NCBI GenBank assembly: GCA_937138415.1
Contig: CAKZPA010000042.1
Span: 1,308-65,307 of the forward strand
Reading direction: 5' to 3'
Length of the DNA: 64,000 nucleotides
DNA from: an uncultured Nitrospiraceae bacterium
GTDB taxonomy: Bacteria; Nitrospirota; Thermodesulfovibrionia; Thermodesulfovibrionales; SM23-35
Position numbers and translations under genes: made by a program. Positions 1-9,933 of this stretch are shown piece after piece. The stretch's first letter is position 1. Every line of letters begins with the position of its first letter. The notes under the pieces were generated by a model, which made no database searches, had not been told where the DNA came from, and saw only the letters and a program-made list of their open reading frames with translations.

Positions 1-16
1 AATTATTTCGTTCACA

Positions 17-1294
17 TTATTGCAACGGTTCAATCGTGAATACCGGCTGTCTTCTCTTCAGGTAATCTTCCGTCACGAACGCATTGCCAAACCCGTACTT
101 CTCCGCACACTCCATAATCATGTCGAAAACCTCAGGCCTGAAGATCCGCCGAGGTGGTTTCACCCCGTCTTGGATAATGCTTCTAATGAGCGTTCCGCTG
201 AACGATGCCTTCTTGTCTTTGTGCCCGCAGAGACCCGAGTAGGTGACCTCGTCGCACACCGGGCAGAACCACCAGTCGAGGTTGAAGATGGGCTTTATCC
301 TCAGGGAACCTTCTGGGAGCTTGCTGAAAATCCGGTGGGCGTCGTACGGGTCATAGTACGTGCCGACACCGGCGTGATCGCGCCCGAACATGTGATGGGT
401 GCACCCGAGGTTAGTCCTCAAGCATGCATGGAATATTGCTTCTTTCGGCCCAGCATAGCGCATATCCCAGAGGGTGCATGTGGTTAAAAAGATATCCTCC
501 CTGAAATACCCGTATTTCCCCTGAGCGTCCTGGCAGAGGATGATTGCTTCATCGATATAGTCGCCGGGTCTCTTTTCACCGATCATTGCATTCACCAGAA
601 TGCCACCACGCGGTTTATCCACCATCATCGACCCATAGGCTCCTAAGTATGCGCCTTTCATCAACCATTCATGGCCGGTATGCGGGACGTTTCTTGTCTG
701 GTGATTAATGATCATCTCCCAGCCTTTTTCCTTAAATTTCTCCCTCATCTGTTTTGGGGTGAGCCAGTATTTCGTAAACGGTTCATTTATTTTCGGAGGA
801 TTCAGGAGGGTGATTTTTCCACCCAAAAACTTATCCTTGTACTGATACGTCCTCTTGACACCGGGATGCTTATCCTCCGTCGTCCCGTACACTTTCATCG
901 CAACTTCTTTCACGTCCAGGGTGAAGATGTCCGTGATATCGAAGATAGCGAAAGGATTCCCCGTGTACGTGAGGAGCACCTCGTCGTACTGCTTGATGCC
1001 GGATTTCTCGAGTTCCTCGCTCGAAATATCGAAGACGATAGGAATGCTCCACACCGTCTTCCCATCCGCGAGGGTCATGTTGTTGCACACGGCTTCCACG
1101 TCAGCCTTCGTCATGAACCCTTCGAGCGGGCTAAAGAACCCATACGCAATGTCGATGATTTCCGTGGCCATCTGCAACCGCACGTCCAGCGTCTTCACCT
1201 TCGCTGCCTGCATCTCTGCGACTCTCTTGAGCGCGGCGTCCTTCGACATCACCCGCTCGACGATTTCTTTGCCGCCATGACCGATCATTTCCAT
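17..1294 (-). CDS. sat: sulfate adenylyltransferase (ATP sulfurylase)
   Basis: 425-aa ORF. It carries QTRNVPHTGHEWL (QxRNPxHxxH) and FGRDHAGVG motifs. AAGGAGG RBS lies directly upstream. Size is typical of dissimilatory-type Sat. Confidence 0.92.
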   Translation of the reverse strand: MEMIGHGGKEIVERVMSKDAALKRVAEMQAAKVKTLDVRLQMATEIIDIAYGFFSPLEGFMTKADVEAVCNNMTLADGKTVWSIPIVFDISSEELEKSGIKQYDEVLLTYTGNPFAIFDITDIFTLDVKEVAMKVYGTTEDKHPGVKRTYQYKDKFLGGKITLLNPPKINEPFTKYWLTPKQMREKFKEKGWEMIINHQTRNVPHTGHEWLMKGAYLGAYGSMMVDKPRGGILVNAMIGEKRPGDYIDEAIILCQDAQGKYGYFREDIFLTTCTLWDMRYAGPKEAIFHACLRTNLGCTHHMFGRDHAGVGTYYDPYDAHRIFSKLPEGSLRIKPIFNLDWWFCPVCDEVTYSGLCGHKDKKASFSGTLIRSIIQDGVKPPRRIFRPEVFDMIMECAEKYGFGNAFVTEDYLKRRQPVFTIEPLQ

Positions 1295-1330
1295 GGTACG
1301 TCCTCCTTATTGAGTTAAATTTGCTCTCGA

Positions 1331-1978
1331 CTACTTTCCTTCCAAGATGGCACAGATCTTAGCGAATATTTCTTCGATGCTCCCCGTGCCGGAGACGGAC
1401 TTCAACAGACCTTTGCCCTTGTAATACCCCATCAGCGGTTCCGTCTGAGCTGTATACACCTCCAGTCTCTTCTTGATGGTCTCCTCTTTATCGTCGTCTC
1501 TCTGGAACAACTCCCCGCCGCATTTATCACACACCGCATCCTTATTGGGCGGGCTGAAATACACGTTGTACATCTGCCCGCACGACTTGCACGTCCTCCT
1601 TCCCGTAAGCCTCTTCATCAAGTCGTCGAACGGCACATCGACGCTGACGGCGCCCGTCAGCGGCATGTTCAGCGATTCGAGCATTTTGTCGAGCGCTTCG
1701 GCTTGCGCAGTGTTCCTCGGGAAGCCATCGAGGATATACCCTTTCTTGCAGTCGTCCTGTTTCAGCCTCTCTTCGACCATGCCGAGCACGACCATGTCGG
1801 GAACCAACTCCCCCTTGTCCATATAAGACTTTGCTTCCTTGCCGAGGGCCGTTCCCGCCGACACCGCGGCTCGCAGCAAATCCCCCGTCGAAATCTGAGG
1901 GATACCGTACTTTTCGATGAGCTTCTTCGCCTGAGTTCCTTTCCCCGCACCAGGCGCGCCAAGCAAGACAATTCTCAT
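1331..1978 (-). CDS. adk: adenylate kinase
   Basis: 215-aa ORF with P-loop GAPGAGKGTQ and a lid zinc knuckle CKSCG...CDKCG. It ends in TAG, 36 nt upstream of sat on the same strand. Confidence 0.95.
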   Translation of the reverse strand: MRIVLLGAPGAGKGTQAKKLIEKYGIPQISTGDLLRAAVSAGTALGKEAKSYMDKGELVPDMVVLGMVEERLKQDDCKKGYILDGFPRNTAQAEALDKMLESLNMPLTGAVSVDVPFDDLMKRLTGRRTCKSCGQMYNVYFSPPNKDAVCDKCGGELFQRDDDKEETIKKRLEVYTAQTEPLMGYYKGKGLLKSVSGTGSIEEIFAKICAILEGK

Positions 1979-2137
1979 AATTCCTTACCCCCGTTCAGTT
2001 ATTTGCGCGACTCAGCCTCTAAACAATACGCTACTGTGCCGTGTGTATCCGGGAATAGTGCAAAAAGAGAATAACTGTGTTATTTGTTAAAAATAATACT
2101 GCGTGGCAGAGCTTTTACTTAGAAAACGGACGTATAA

Positions 2138-2166
2138 AATATATTATCCGGCGCTATTTTAGTCAA
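2138..2166 (-). promoter_or_regulatory. putative sigma70-type promoter (TTGACT-17 nt-TATATT)
   Basis: On the minus strand the -35 is at 2161-2166 and the -10 at 2138-2143, in an AT-rich spacer. It lies about 150 nt upstream of the adk ATG, so the leader would be long. Motif match only. Confidence 0.3.
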
Positions 2167-2238
2167 ATTCATATTTCTGATAGATCAATAAAAAATCCTT
2201 ATCATTTGTGCGAGTGCCGTCATTTCCGCATCGCCCGG

Positions 2239-2853
2239 TTATCTTTCAGATGAACGAGAGGCGGCCGCCGCCAGGCGTTTCGCCAGAAACTGCTTGAACG
2301 CTTCGAGCGCTTTCCCCCTGTGGCTGATCGTATCCTTCTCGTCACGCGTCATTTCGGCAAACGTCCGCGCGTACCCATCGGGGTAAAAAATGGGGTCGTA
2401 CCCGAACCCGAGGGAACCCCTCGGTTCTCTCCCGATAGTCCCGTCGACGGTGCCATGGAAGACATGCACCCCCTCGTTCGGTACGGAAAAAGCGATGCAG
2501 CAGACGAAGCGTGCTTTCCTCCGCTCTTCTTCGCGTAACAGGGAAAGTAATTTTTCGATATTTTTCCGATCGTTTGCCGGTTCTCCCGCGAAGCGCGCGG
2601 AATGTATCCCGGGGGCACCACCGAGTGCCGCCACCTCGAGCCCCGAGTCGTCGGCAAGGGCTGGTTTCCCGCTACACTGGGACGCTGAGACCGCTTTCTT
2701 AATGGCGTTTTCCTCGAAGGTCATCCCATCCTCCACGACCTCGGGGCATCCGGGGAAGTCATCGAGGGTAAAAATGGTGACGGGGAGCCCGACGGTAATT
2801 CTCCGAATCTCCTCCGCTTTCTTTTTGTTCCTCGTGGCAAGGACAATGTCCAT
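2239..2853 (-). CDS. rdgB: non-canonical purine NTP pyrophosphatase (RdgB/HAM1 family)
   Basis: Begins MDIVLATRNKKKAEEI..., with later motifs DDSGLEV and FGYDPIF. ATG at 2853 has a GAGGAG RBS. The longer ORF-track start at 2931 has none. Confidence 0.88.
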   Translation of the reverse strand: MDIVLATRNKKKAEEIRRITVGLPVTIFTLDDFPGCPEVVEDGMTFEENAIKKAVSASQCSGKPALADDSGLEVAALGGAPGIHSARFAGEPANDRKNIEKLLSLLREEERRKARFVCCIAFSVPNEGVHVFHGTVDGTIGREPRGSLGFGYDPIFYPDGYARTFAEMTRDEKDTISHRGKALEAFKQFLAKRLAAAASRSSER

Positions 2854-3011
2854 GGGCTCCTCTTTACGATAACTTCCGTTCGACAGTATTCCAGAAGGCG
2901 CACTTATAATGCAAGACCGCGCGCCCCTCATCGGCTGGGGACCGCGCGCCCGCGGAAAGGTGTCAGCGGGAAGCCTTGAAAAAAGGGCAATCCTTCTGTT
3001 AAGCTTTCGAA

Positions 3012-3428
3012 ATGTCTGAGGAGCTTAAGAGGGCTGGACTGCTTGTCCGAGCTGTCGCTAAGATCCTCGATTTCATCATCGTTCTTGCCCTGGGAGAGAT
3101 TGTGCCCAAGGCAGGGTTTTACGCAGGCTTGGCCTATCTTCTTATCGGCGACGGTCTTTTCGATGGGAAGAGCCTCGGGAAAAAACTCGTCGGTCTGAAG
3201 GTCGTATCGGCGGTATCCCAGAAACCCTGTACGATCAGGGATTCAATACTGAGGAATGGCCTTTTCGGCGTCGGCTACGCCTTAACAAGGGTTTTCTGGA
3301 TAGGGTGGATCGTCATCGTGATCGTATCGGTCTTCGAATTCATTATTATGCTCGGCAGCAGAGACCATATGCGCCTCGGCGATGAGATCGCGCGCACCCT
3401 TGTTCTCGACAATTCTCAGTCGGCATAG
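3012..3428 (+). CDS. RDD-family small membrane protein
   Basis: 138-aa ORF with 3 hydrophobic segments and a C-terminal R..GD motif (HMRLGDEIARTLV) typical of RDD domains. It sits immediately upstream of mreB. Confidence 0.6.
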   Translation: MSEELKRAGLLVRAVAKILDFIIVLALGEIVPKAGFYAGLAYLLIGDGLFDGKSLGKKLVGLKVVSAVSQKPCTIRDSILRNGLFGVGYALTRVFWIGWIVIVIVSVFEFIIMLGSRDHMRLGDEIARTLVLDNSQSA

Positions 3429-3437
3429 AGGGGGGAA

Positions 3438-4472
3438 ATGTTCTTCCACAAGATACTCGGTTTATTTTCCAATGACCTCGCAATAGATCTGGGCACGGCG
3501 AATACCCTCGTCTTCGTGAAGGGGAAGGGAATCGTCTGCAATGAGCCCTCCGTCGTCGTCCTGCGGAAAGACGACAAGAAACCTGTCGCGGTAGGCGCCG
3601 AGGCGAAGAGGATGCTCGGCAAAACGCCTGCGAATATCATTGCCATTCGTCCCATGAAGGATGGCGTGATCGCCGACTTCGACGCCACGGGAGAGATGCT
3701 GAAATATTTTATTACGAAGGTCCATAACCGGAGAAGCTTCGTCTCTCCGAGAGTCATCATCGGTGTTCCTTCGGGCATCACGCAGGTGGAACAACGGGCC
3801 GTCAAAGACGCGGCACAGGTTTCGGGGGCCCGGGAGGTGTACCTGATCGGAGAACCGATGGCGGCGGCGATCGGTGTCGGACTCCCCGTGGGCGAACCCT
3901 CCGGGAACATGATCGTCGACATCGGGGGCGGGACAACGGATGTCGCGGTTATCTCTCTCGACGGCGTCGTTTACAGCAAAGCGGTGCGCGTGGGCGGCGA
4001 CAAAATGGACGAAGCGATCATGGCGTTCATCAAGCGGAGGTACAATCTGATGATCGGCGACATGACCTCGGAACAGATCAAAATCAACCTCGGATCCGTT
4101 TTCAAAACCGAAGGCAGCGAGCCCCGCACGATGGAAATAAAGGGGAGGGACCTCATATCGGGCATCCCAAAGACGCTCACCATCAATGAGGACGAGATCA
4201 GAGAAGCGCTCACCGAACCGGTAAACGTCATCCTCGACACGATCAAGGTGATCCTTGAAAACACGCCGCCTGAATTGGCATCCGATATCGTGGACAGGGG
4301 AATTATCCTCGCCGGCGGAGGCGCTCTCCTGAAAGGGCTCGATCTCCTCATTCGCCAGGAAACCGGCCTTCCCGTCTATGTCGCTGAAGACCCTTTGACC
4401 GCTGTCGTTCGTGGTGTCGGAAAGATGCTCGATGAAATCGACCTCCTGAGAAGAGTCGCCATCAGTCTCTGA
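3438..4472 (+). CDS. mreB: rod shape-determining protein MreB
   Basis: 344-aa ORF with actin-fold phosphate motifs DLGTANT and DIGGGTTD. It is followed by mreC and mreD. Confidence 0.96.
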   Translation: MFFHKILGLFSNDLAIDLGTANTLVFVKGKGIVCNEPSVVVLRKDDKKPVAVGAEAKRMLGKTPANIIAIRPMKDGVIADFDATGEMLKYFITKVHNRRSFVSPRVIIGVPSGITQVEQRAVKDAAQVSGAREVYLIGEPMAAAIGVGLPVGEPSGNMIVDIGGGTTDVAVISLDGVVYSKAVRVGGDKMDEAIMAFIKRRYNLMIGDMTSEQIKINLGSVFKTEGSEPRTMEIKGRDLISGIPKTLTINEDEIREALTEPVNVILDTIKVILENTPPELASDIVDRGIILAGGGALLKGLDLLIRQETGLPVYVAEDPLTAVVRGVGKMLDEIDLLRRVAISL

Positions 4473-5254
4473 TGCACAGAAAAAGGCTTTTGCTTTTTCT
4501 GTTTATCCTGTTCGCGTTCGGACTCATGACATACCAGGCAAACCGCCAACCGATCCTCCCGTTCCAATTTCTCGCAGAGCCCCTCCACATCCTATTCAAT
4601 CTCAAGGAATCGGCCTGGGAATTCGTCACTTCCCCGTTCAGGAGGATGCTCATTAGAGAAGAGGAGAACCGACGGCTCATGGACGAGATCATGAAGATGC
4701 GGGAGGAACGACAGGTCTGGGAGGAGACGCGGCGCGAAAACGAGAAGCTCCGCGCACTCCTCGCCCTGAAGGAGCGGGAACGGCATTACGTCACCTCTGC
4801 TCGCGTGATCGCGAGAGGCACCGATCAGTGGTCGCACACGCTCGTTCTCGACAAAGGTTCCGCAGACGGGATCAAGAAAGACATGGTCGCTGTCACTGAA
4901 CAGGGACTCGTCGGGAAGATCGCCGACGTCCGCGAGTCGTACGCATCCCTCTTGCTCGTCACCGATATCAGTTTCTCGGCGGCAGCTCGCTTGCAGGACG
5001 GCCGGACGGAAGGGATTCTCTCCGGAACGGGGTCGAAGATGTGCCAGCTGAAGTATATTCCTTATGACGAGGATGTCAAACCGGGAGGGATCGTCATCAC
5101 CTCAGGCCTCGATTCTCTTTTCCCCGCCGGTATCCCATTAGGTCACGTAGCGAAAGTGAGCAGAAAGGAGAGCGGACTCTTTCAGTATATCGAAGTCGTA
5201 CCTTCCGTCGACAATACTAAAATCGAAGTCGTCGCGATCATTGGGGGAGCGTGA
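4472..5254 (+). CDS. mreC: rod shape-determining protein MreC
   Basis: 260-aa ORF with an N-terminal TM helix, a coiled-coil segment, and C-terminal GLVGKI / GIPLG motifs. Its start overlaps the mreB stop (TGATG). Confidence 0.9.
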   Translation: MHRKRLLLFLFILFAFGLMTYQANRQPILPFQFLAEPLHILFNLKESAWEFVTSPFRRMLIREEENRRLMDEIMKMREERQVWEETRRENEKLRALLALKERERHYVTSARVIARGTDQWSHTLVLDKGSADGIKKDMVAVTEQGLVGKIADVRESYASLLLVTDISFSAAARLQDGRTEGILSGTGSKMCQLKYIPYDEDVKPGGIVITSGLDSLFPAGIPLGHVAKVSRKESGLFQYIEVVPSVDNTKIEVVAIIGGA

Positions 5255-5703
5255 GATATCTCTTGTGGGCAGTTCTCGGCTTCCTCTCTCTCGGTATCCA
5301 GGGGAGCATATCCTTCTTCACTGTTGCGCCTAACCTTACAGTGATTCTGGCGTGTTACGCAGGGATACATGGAGGAGAACACAAGGGGCTCTTCTATGGC
5401 TCTCTCGTCGGCATGATCGAAGACAGCCTCTCCGGCGCGCTTCTGGGCCCCGGTCTCCTGAGCAAAGGCCTCGCAGGCTATCTGGCGGCCGTGCTCTCTG
5501 GTAAACTCCTTGTCTGGACCCCGTTCGCCGGTGTGGTAACGCTCGCAGCACTGACGATATTCGACGGGTTCGCCGTGTACCTGACGAGGTGTCTCTTCCA
5601 CGCGAAGCCGTCGGGCATCGTGGCTGCGGCAGTTGCCATCATGACGCAGGCCCTCTTGAACCTTCCGTTCGGCATCATTCTGAAGAAAAAAACGAAGACC
5701 TGA
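5251..5703 (+). CDS. mreD: rod shape-determining protein MreD
   Basis: 150-aa polytopic membrane ORF with a GTGA overlap onto mreC, in the canonical position. Confidence 0.8.
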   Translation: MRYLLWAVLGFLSLGIQGSISFFTVAPNLTVILACYAGIHGGEHKGLFYGSLVGMIEDSLSGALLGPGLLSKGLAGYLAAVLSGKLLVWTPFAGVVTLAALTIFDGFAVYLTRCLFHAKPSGIVAAAVAIMTQALLNLPFGIILKKKTKT

Positions 5704-5717
5704 GCGGTACGGCACCC

Positions 5718-7487
5718 ATGAAAGCACAGGCAGAAAAAGAAAAAATCTCCCTCATCGGCTATATCATCGTCGCGATCTTCTTCCTCCTCATCATGAGACT
5801 CTGGCAGTTGCAAATTCTGCAGGGAAACGAATACCGAAAGATTTCGGAATCCAATAGACTCAGAATCGTTCGGATACCCGCGCCGCGTGGGATTATCTTC
5901 GATAGGAATCACGTGCCGCTCGTGAAAAATTCCGCGTATTTCTTCGCGTCCGTTATCCCGGGGGAATTCGATCACGGGAAGCTGCCCGTACTCGCAAAGC
6001 TATTAAAAATGCCTGCAGAAGAACTGCTCGCCCGCTTGTCCGCCTCGCAGGCGACGCCTTTCGTACCGGCCAAACTGAAGCAGGGTCTGTCGCTCAAGGA
6101 AATTGCCTATATCGAGGCCCGGAAATCCGATATCCCGGGGTTGATGATTGAAGCCGAGGTGAGCAGGGAATACCCATACGGCGAACTCGGCGCTCATCTC
6201 CTGGGGTACCTCGGAAAGCCGAGCCCGTCGCAACTCAAAGAACCTTCCTTCAAGAATATCCCCCCCGATATGTTCGTCGGGCAATGGGGAATCGAGAAGC
6301 TCTACGACGCATCGCTCCGGGGCACGCCCGGGCAGAAGATCATCGAGGTCAACGCCCTCGGGAGACAATTGCGCCTGTTACAGGAGAGACCGCCGGTGAA
6401 AGGCGACGACCTCGTCATCAGTATCGACATCGACCTTCAGCGGGAGGCGGAAAGAGCGTTCGGCGACCGGGCCGGTGCATTGGTCGCCATAAAGCCGACG
6501 ACCGGTGAAATACTGGGGATGGTCAGCAAGCCATCGTTCGATCCGAACCTCTTCACGAGGGGGATGAGCCGAGAGCAATGGCTGTCTATCGCAGCGAACA
6601 AAAAGAATCCGATGCTCAACAGGGCGCTCCAGAGCCAGTATCCGCCCGGATCGACCTTCAAGATCGTCACCGCTCTCGCCGGCCTTGAAACAGGCGCGAT
6701 CACGCCGGACATGAAAGTCGACTGCCGCGGGGGCATTCTGCTCGGTAACCGCCGCTTCGGATGCTGGCGAAAGGAAGGTCACGGAATCCTTTCCCTTCAC
6801 AGAGCGATCGTCGAATCGTGCGATGTCTACTTTTATGAAGTAGGAAGGCGCGTCGGCATCGACCGCATCGCCCAGTACGCGGCCGCTCTCGGTCTCGGTC
6901 AAAAGACAGGGATCGAACTCGGGAGAGAGCGGCAGGGAGTAGTCCCGAGCACAGCGTGGAAAAAAGAGACGAGCGGTATGCCCTGGTTCCCGGGTGAAAC
7001 ACTCAACGCTGCGATCGGTCAGGGATACGTAGCAGCAACCCCTCTGCAGCTCGCGTCCATGATGAGCGCCGTTGCAAATGGCGGTCTGAGGTACAAACCA
7101 TCGTTCGTCGTGCACTCAGAACCCGCCATTGCGGGTCGGCTCACCGCAAACCCGTATAATCTCGAGATCATCAGGAAAGGTCTCTTCGGTGTCGTGAACG
7201 AGCGTTCCGGCACGGGGTGGGCCGCGAAATCGTATCTCACAACGGTAAGCGGGAAAACCGGCACGGCGCAGGTCGTCGCCCTGGGAAGAGGGGCGGGCGC
7301 CCTCCACGAGCGTTTCCAAGACCATGCGTGGTTCGTGGCCTTCGCGCCGCATGAACATCCTGAAATCGCTCTCGCCGTTCTGGTCGAGCACGGAGGGCAC
7401 GGGGGAGCCGCTGCGGCGCCGATCGCCAAGACCGCGATAGAGGCGTACCTGCGCCCGAAACCCGCTCCAGACACCGCTGATCACTGA
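5718..7487 (+). CDS. mrdA: penicillin-binding protein 2 (elongasome transpeptidase)
   Basis: Starts MKAQAEKEKISLIGY..., then a TM helix, with active-site STFK. The ORF-track start at 5589 would overlap mreD and looks spurious. Confidence 0.93.
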   Translation: MKAQAEKEKISLIGYIIVAIFFLLIMRLWQLQILQGNEYRKISESNRLRIVRIPAPRGIIFDRNHVPLVKNSAYFFASVIPGEFDHGKLPVLAKLLKMPAEELLARLSASQATPFVPAKLKQGLSLKEIAYIEARKSDIPGLMIEAEVSREYPYGELGAHLLGYLGKPSPSQLKEPSFKNIPPDMFVGQWGIEKLYDASLRGTPGQKIIEVNALGRQLRLLQERPPVKGDDLVISIDIDLQREAERAFGDRAGALVAIKPTTGEILGMVSKPSFDPNLFTRGMSREQWLSIAANKKNPMLNRALQSQYPPGSTFKIVTALAGLETGAITPDMKVDCRGGILLGNRRFGCWRKEGHGILSLHRAIVESCDVYFYEVGRRVGIDRIAQYAAALGLGQKTGIELGRERQGVVPSTAWKKETSGMPWFPGETLNAAIGQGYVAATPLQLASMMSAVANGGLRYKPSFVVHSEPAIAGRLTANPYNLEIIRKGLFGVVNERSGTGWAAKSYLTTVSGKTGTAQVVALGRGAGALHERFQDHAWFVAFAPHEHPEIALAVLVEHGGHGGAAAAPIAKTAIEAYLRPKPAPDTADH

Positions 7488-7573
7488 ACCGAAAGGCGCA
7501 AAGAGAGGGAGAGATCCATCGTGGCGCAGATAATCGAGAGCAGCGGCGCGGCTGTTAGGTTATTATAGTACTG

Positions 7574-8479
7574 ATGGGAATTCTCCAATGCATAGGGAAC
7601 ACCCCGCTCGCCTCTATCGAACTGAACCCGAATCCGAGAGTCCGACTGTTCGCGAAACTCGAGGGCAACAACCCCGGGGGATCGATTAAAGACCGCATCG
7701 CGCTCTCGATGATCGAAACTGCCGAGAGAGAGAAGAAACTGACGCGTGACAAGATCATCCTCGAGGCAACTTCAGGGAACACCGGGATCGGGCTCGCGAT
7801 GGTGGCATCGGCGAAAAAATACCGCGTCAAGCTCACGATGCCGGCGTGCGTGAGCATCGAGAGGCGGCGGATCCTCGAGGCCTTCGGCGCGGAATTAATC
7901 CTGAGTCCGCCCGAAGAAGGCACGGATGGCGCCATAAAATTGGCCCACCGAATTCTCGCCGAGGATCCCGATCGGTACTTCATGCCGAACCAATTCGATA
8001 ACGAAGCGAATGTCCTTGCTCACTATGAGACGACGGGGCGCGAGATCATCGAGCAGACCAATGGCAGTGTCACGCACTTCGTCGCCGGAATGGGGACGAC
8101 CGGCACGCTCATGGGGGTGAGCAAAAGACTCAAGGAATACGACAAGAATATAAAAATAATCGGGGTCGAGCCTGTCGCGCACCACCGGATCCAGGGCCTG
8201 AAGAATATGTCGGAATCGATCCGGCCAAAAATATTCGACGAGTCGAGACTCGACGAACGATACCTCGTCAATGACGACGAAGCATTCGACACGACGCGGA
8301 TGCTCGCGATCAAAGAAGGCATTTTTGCCGGCATGTCAAGCGGTGCCGCCATGCACATCGCCCTGCGGATATCCAGCGAGATCAAAGACGGTGTGATTGT
8401 GGTCATCCTCCCGGACCGGGGAGACCGTTACCTGTCCACATCGCTCTTCACGTCGGTCTGCGCGAAGTGCCCGCCCTGA
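7574..8479 (+). CDS. cysteine synthase family PLP enzyme (CysK/CysM-like paralog)
   Basis: 301-aa ORF. Motifs are GNTPL, PLP-lysine NPGGSIKDR, TSGNTGIGLA and GTTGTL. It has an unusual C-terminal CAKCPP. Its stop abuts the rodA start (TGAATG). Confidence 0.88.
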   Translation: MGILQCIGNTPLASIELNPNPRVRLFAKLEGNNPGGSIKDRIALSMIETAEREKKLTRDKIILEATSGNTGIGLAMVASAKKYRVKLTMPACVSIERRRILEAFGAELILSPPEEGTDGAIKLAHRILAEDPDRYFMPNQFDNEANVLAHYETTGREIIEQTNGSVTHFVAGMGTTGTLMGVSKRLKEYDKNIKIIGVEPVAHHRIQGLKNMSESIRPKIFDESRLDERYLVNDDEAFDTTRMLAIKEGIFAGMSSGAAMHIALRISSEIKDGVIVVILPDRGDRYLSTSLFTSVCAKCPP

Positions 8480-9601
8480 ATGATCAGCGTCGACCGGAGG
8501 GCACTGAGAAACTTCGACTGGCTGTCCCTCGCCGTGGCGCTCGCCATCAGCGTCATCGGCATCATGACGATCTACAGCGCGACACGGCCCCTGTCCGCTG
8601 AACCTCACCCGACGTTCTACCTCAGACAGATTATCTGGCTTTCGCTCGGTGTCTTTGCACTATTGGCAACCGCCTGGATCGATTACCTGTGGATCGACCG
8701 GTCGGCGCGCGTTCTCTACGCTATCGGTGTCGCACTCCTCATTCTCGTTTTTTTCCTGGGGAGAACCGGCATGGGTGCCCAGCGGTGGCTGAGCATCGGC
8801 CCCATCTCGTTCCAACCATCCGAATTATTCAAGATCGCCTACATCATCATGCTCGCGCACTACCTCAGCACGCTCAGAAGTCCGCTCGACGCGCGTTCCC
8901 TGCTGAAGGCGTTCTTTCTCCTGACGTTCCTGCCGTTTCTCCTGCTCGTTAAACAGCCCGATCTGGGAACCGGTCTGATCATCGTCATGATGTTCCTCGC
9001 GCTGACCGCGGCACGGGGGATGGAGAAGCGGGTCGCCGTACTCCTCCTCGTCCTGAGCCTGATATCGCTCCCGTTCCTCGGCAACGTGTTCTGGGAGGGA
9101 CTGAAGGACTATCAAAAGAGCAGGCTCGTGGCATTTATCGAGCCTGAAACGGATCCGACCGGTATCGGTTATCAGCTCAATCAGTCGAAAATTACCGTCG
9201 GATCAGGTAAAGTTCTCGGCAAGGGATACCTGCACGGCACGCAGGGACCCTTCCGATTTCTCCCGGAAAAGCATACCGACTTTGTCTTTGCCGTCTTCGC
9301 GGAGGAGTGGGGGTTTCTCGGGAGCGTATTCCTGCTGACGCTCTACATGGTATTGATCCTGCGCGGTCTCGATACCGCGCTCAAGGCCAAAGATGATTTC
9401 GGACGGCTCCTCGCCCTCGGCATCACGTTCATGTTCATGATGTACCTCTCCATCAACATCGGCATGACTATGGGCCTGATGCCCGTCGTCGGAATTCCCC
9501 TGCCTTTCATGAGTTACGGCGGCACCGCCCTCCTCACCAATCTCTTGTGCGTCGGCATCCTCATCAGCATCAGGATGCACCGTTTCGAGCTCTTTCATTG
9601 A
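8480..9601 (+). CDS. rodA: peptidoglycan glycosyltransferase RodA (SEDS family)
   Basis: 373-aa polytopic ORF with SEDS motifs (QPSELFK, PEKHTDF, SYGGT), in the mrd context. Confidence 0.93.
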   Translation: MISVDRRALRNFDWLSLAVALAISVIGIMTIYSATRPLSAEPHPTFYLRQIIWLSLGVFALLATAWIDYLWIDRSARVLYAIGVALLILVFFLGRTGMGAQRWLSIGPISFQPSELFKIAYIIMLAHYLSTLRSPLDARSLLKAFFLLTFLPFLLLVKQPDLGTGLIIVMMFLALTAARGMEKRVAVLLLVLSLISLPFLGNVFWEGLKDYQKSRLVAFIEPETDPTGIGYQLNQSKITVGSGKVLGKGYLHGTQGPFRFLPEKHTDFVFAVFAEEWGFLGSVFLLTLYMVLILRGLDTALKAKDDFGRLLALGITFMFMMYLSINIGMTMGLMPVVGIPLPFMSYGGTALLTNLLCVGILISIRMHRFELFH

Positions 9602-9701
9602 TTCGCTTTCTTTTGGTATACTGTTCATTTATAATTAAAAAATATTTAAAAAGACTGCCCGCGGCCGACTGTAGACTGCTCAGTGTCTGTCCTGTCTCGA
9701 A

Positions 9702-9778
9702 GGCGGCGTAGCTCAGTTGGTCAGAGCATGCGGCTCATATCCGCAGTGTCCGGGGTTCAAATCCCTGCGCCGCCACCA
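9702..9778 (+). tRNA. tRNA with CAT anticodon (elongator Met, or Ile2 if lysidinylated)
   Basis: A full cloverleaf was folded by hand: acceptor GGCGGCG/CGCCGCC, D stem GCTC/GAGC, anticodon stem TGCGG/CCGCA with loop CTCATAT, T stem CGGGG/CCCTG, and encoded CCA. G1-C72 argues against an initiator. Confidence 0.9.
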
Positions 9779-9933
9779 GCATCATTACCAGGAAAAATTA
9801 TGCGCCTGTATCGGGCGACGAGTGGTTCCGTGGGCAGCGATACCGTAAAAAGGAAGAGGCAAATACACCCGGTATCGGATCGCTCTCATTTTCGACATTT
9901 TCGTGAGGGGCATCGAGATGACGCGAAAGAATC

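Noticed and set aside
5589-5717. Long N-terminal extensions offered by the ORF track. They are mrdA from 5589, purA from 57325, the DUF401-like gene from 39297, rdgB from 2931, the small secreted protein from 23448, and the hypothetical gene from 10383.
   Set aside because: The extensions overlap upstream genes or hairpins and lack RBSs. In each case an internal ATG preceded by a good Shine-Dalgarno gives the canonical family N-terminus.
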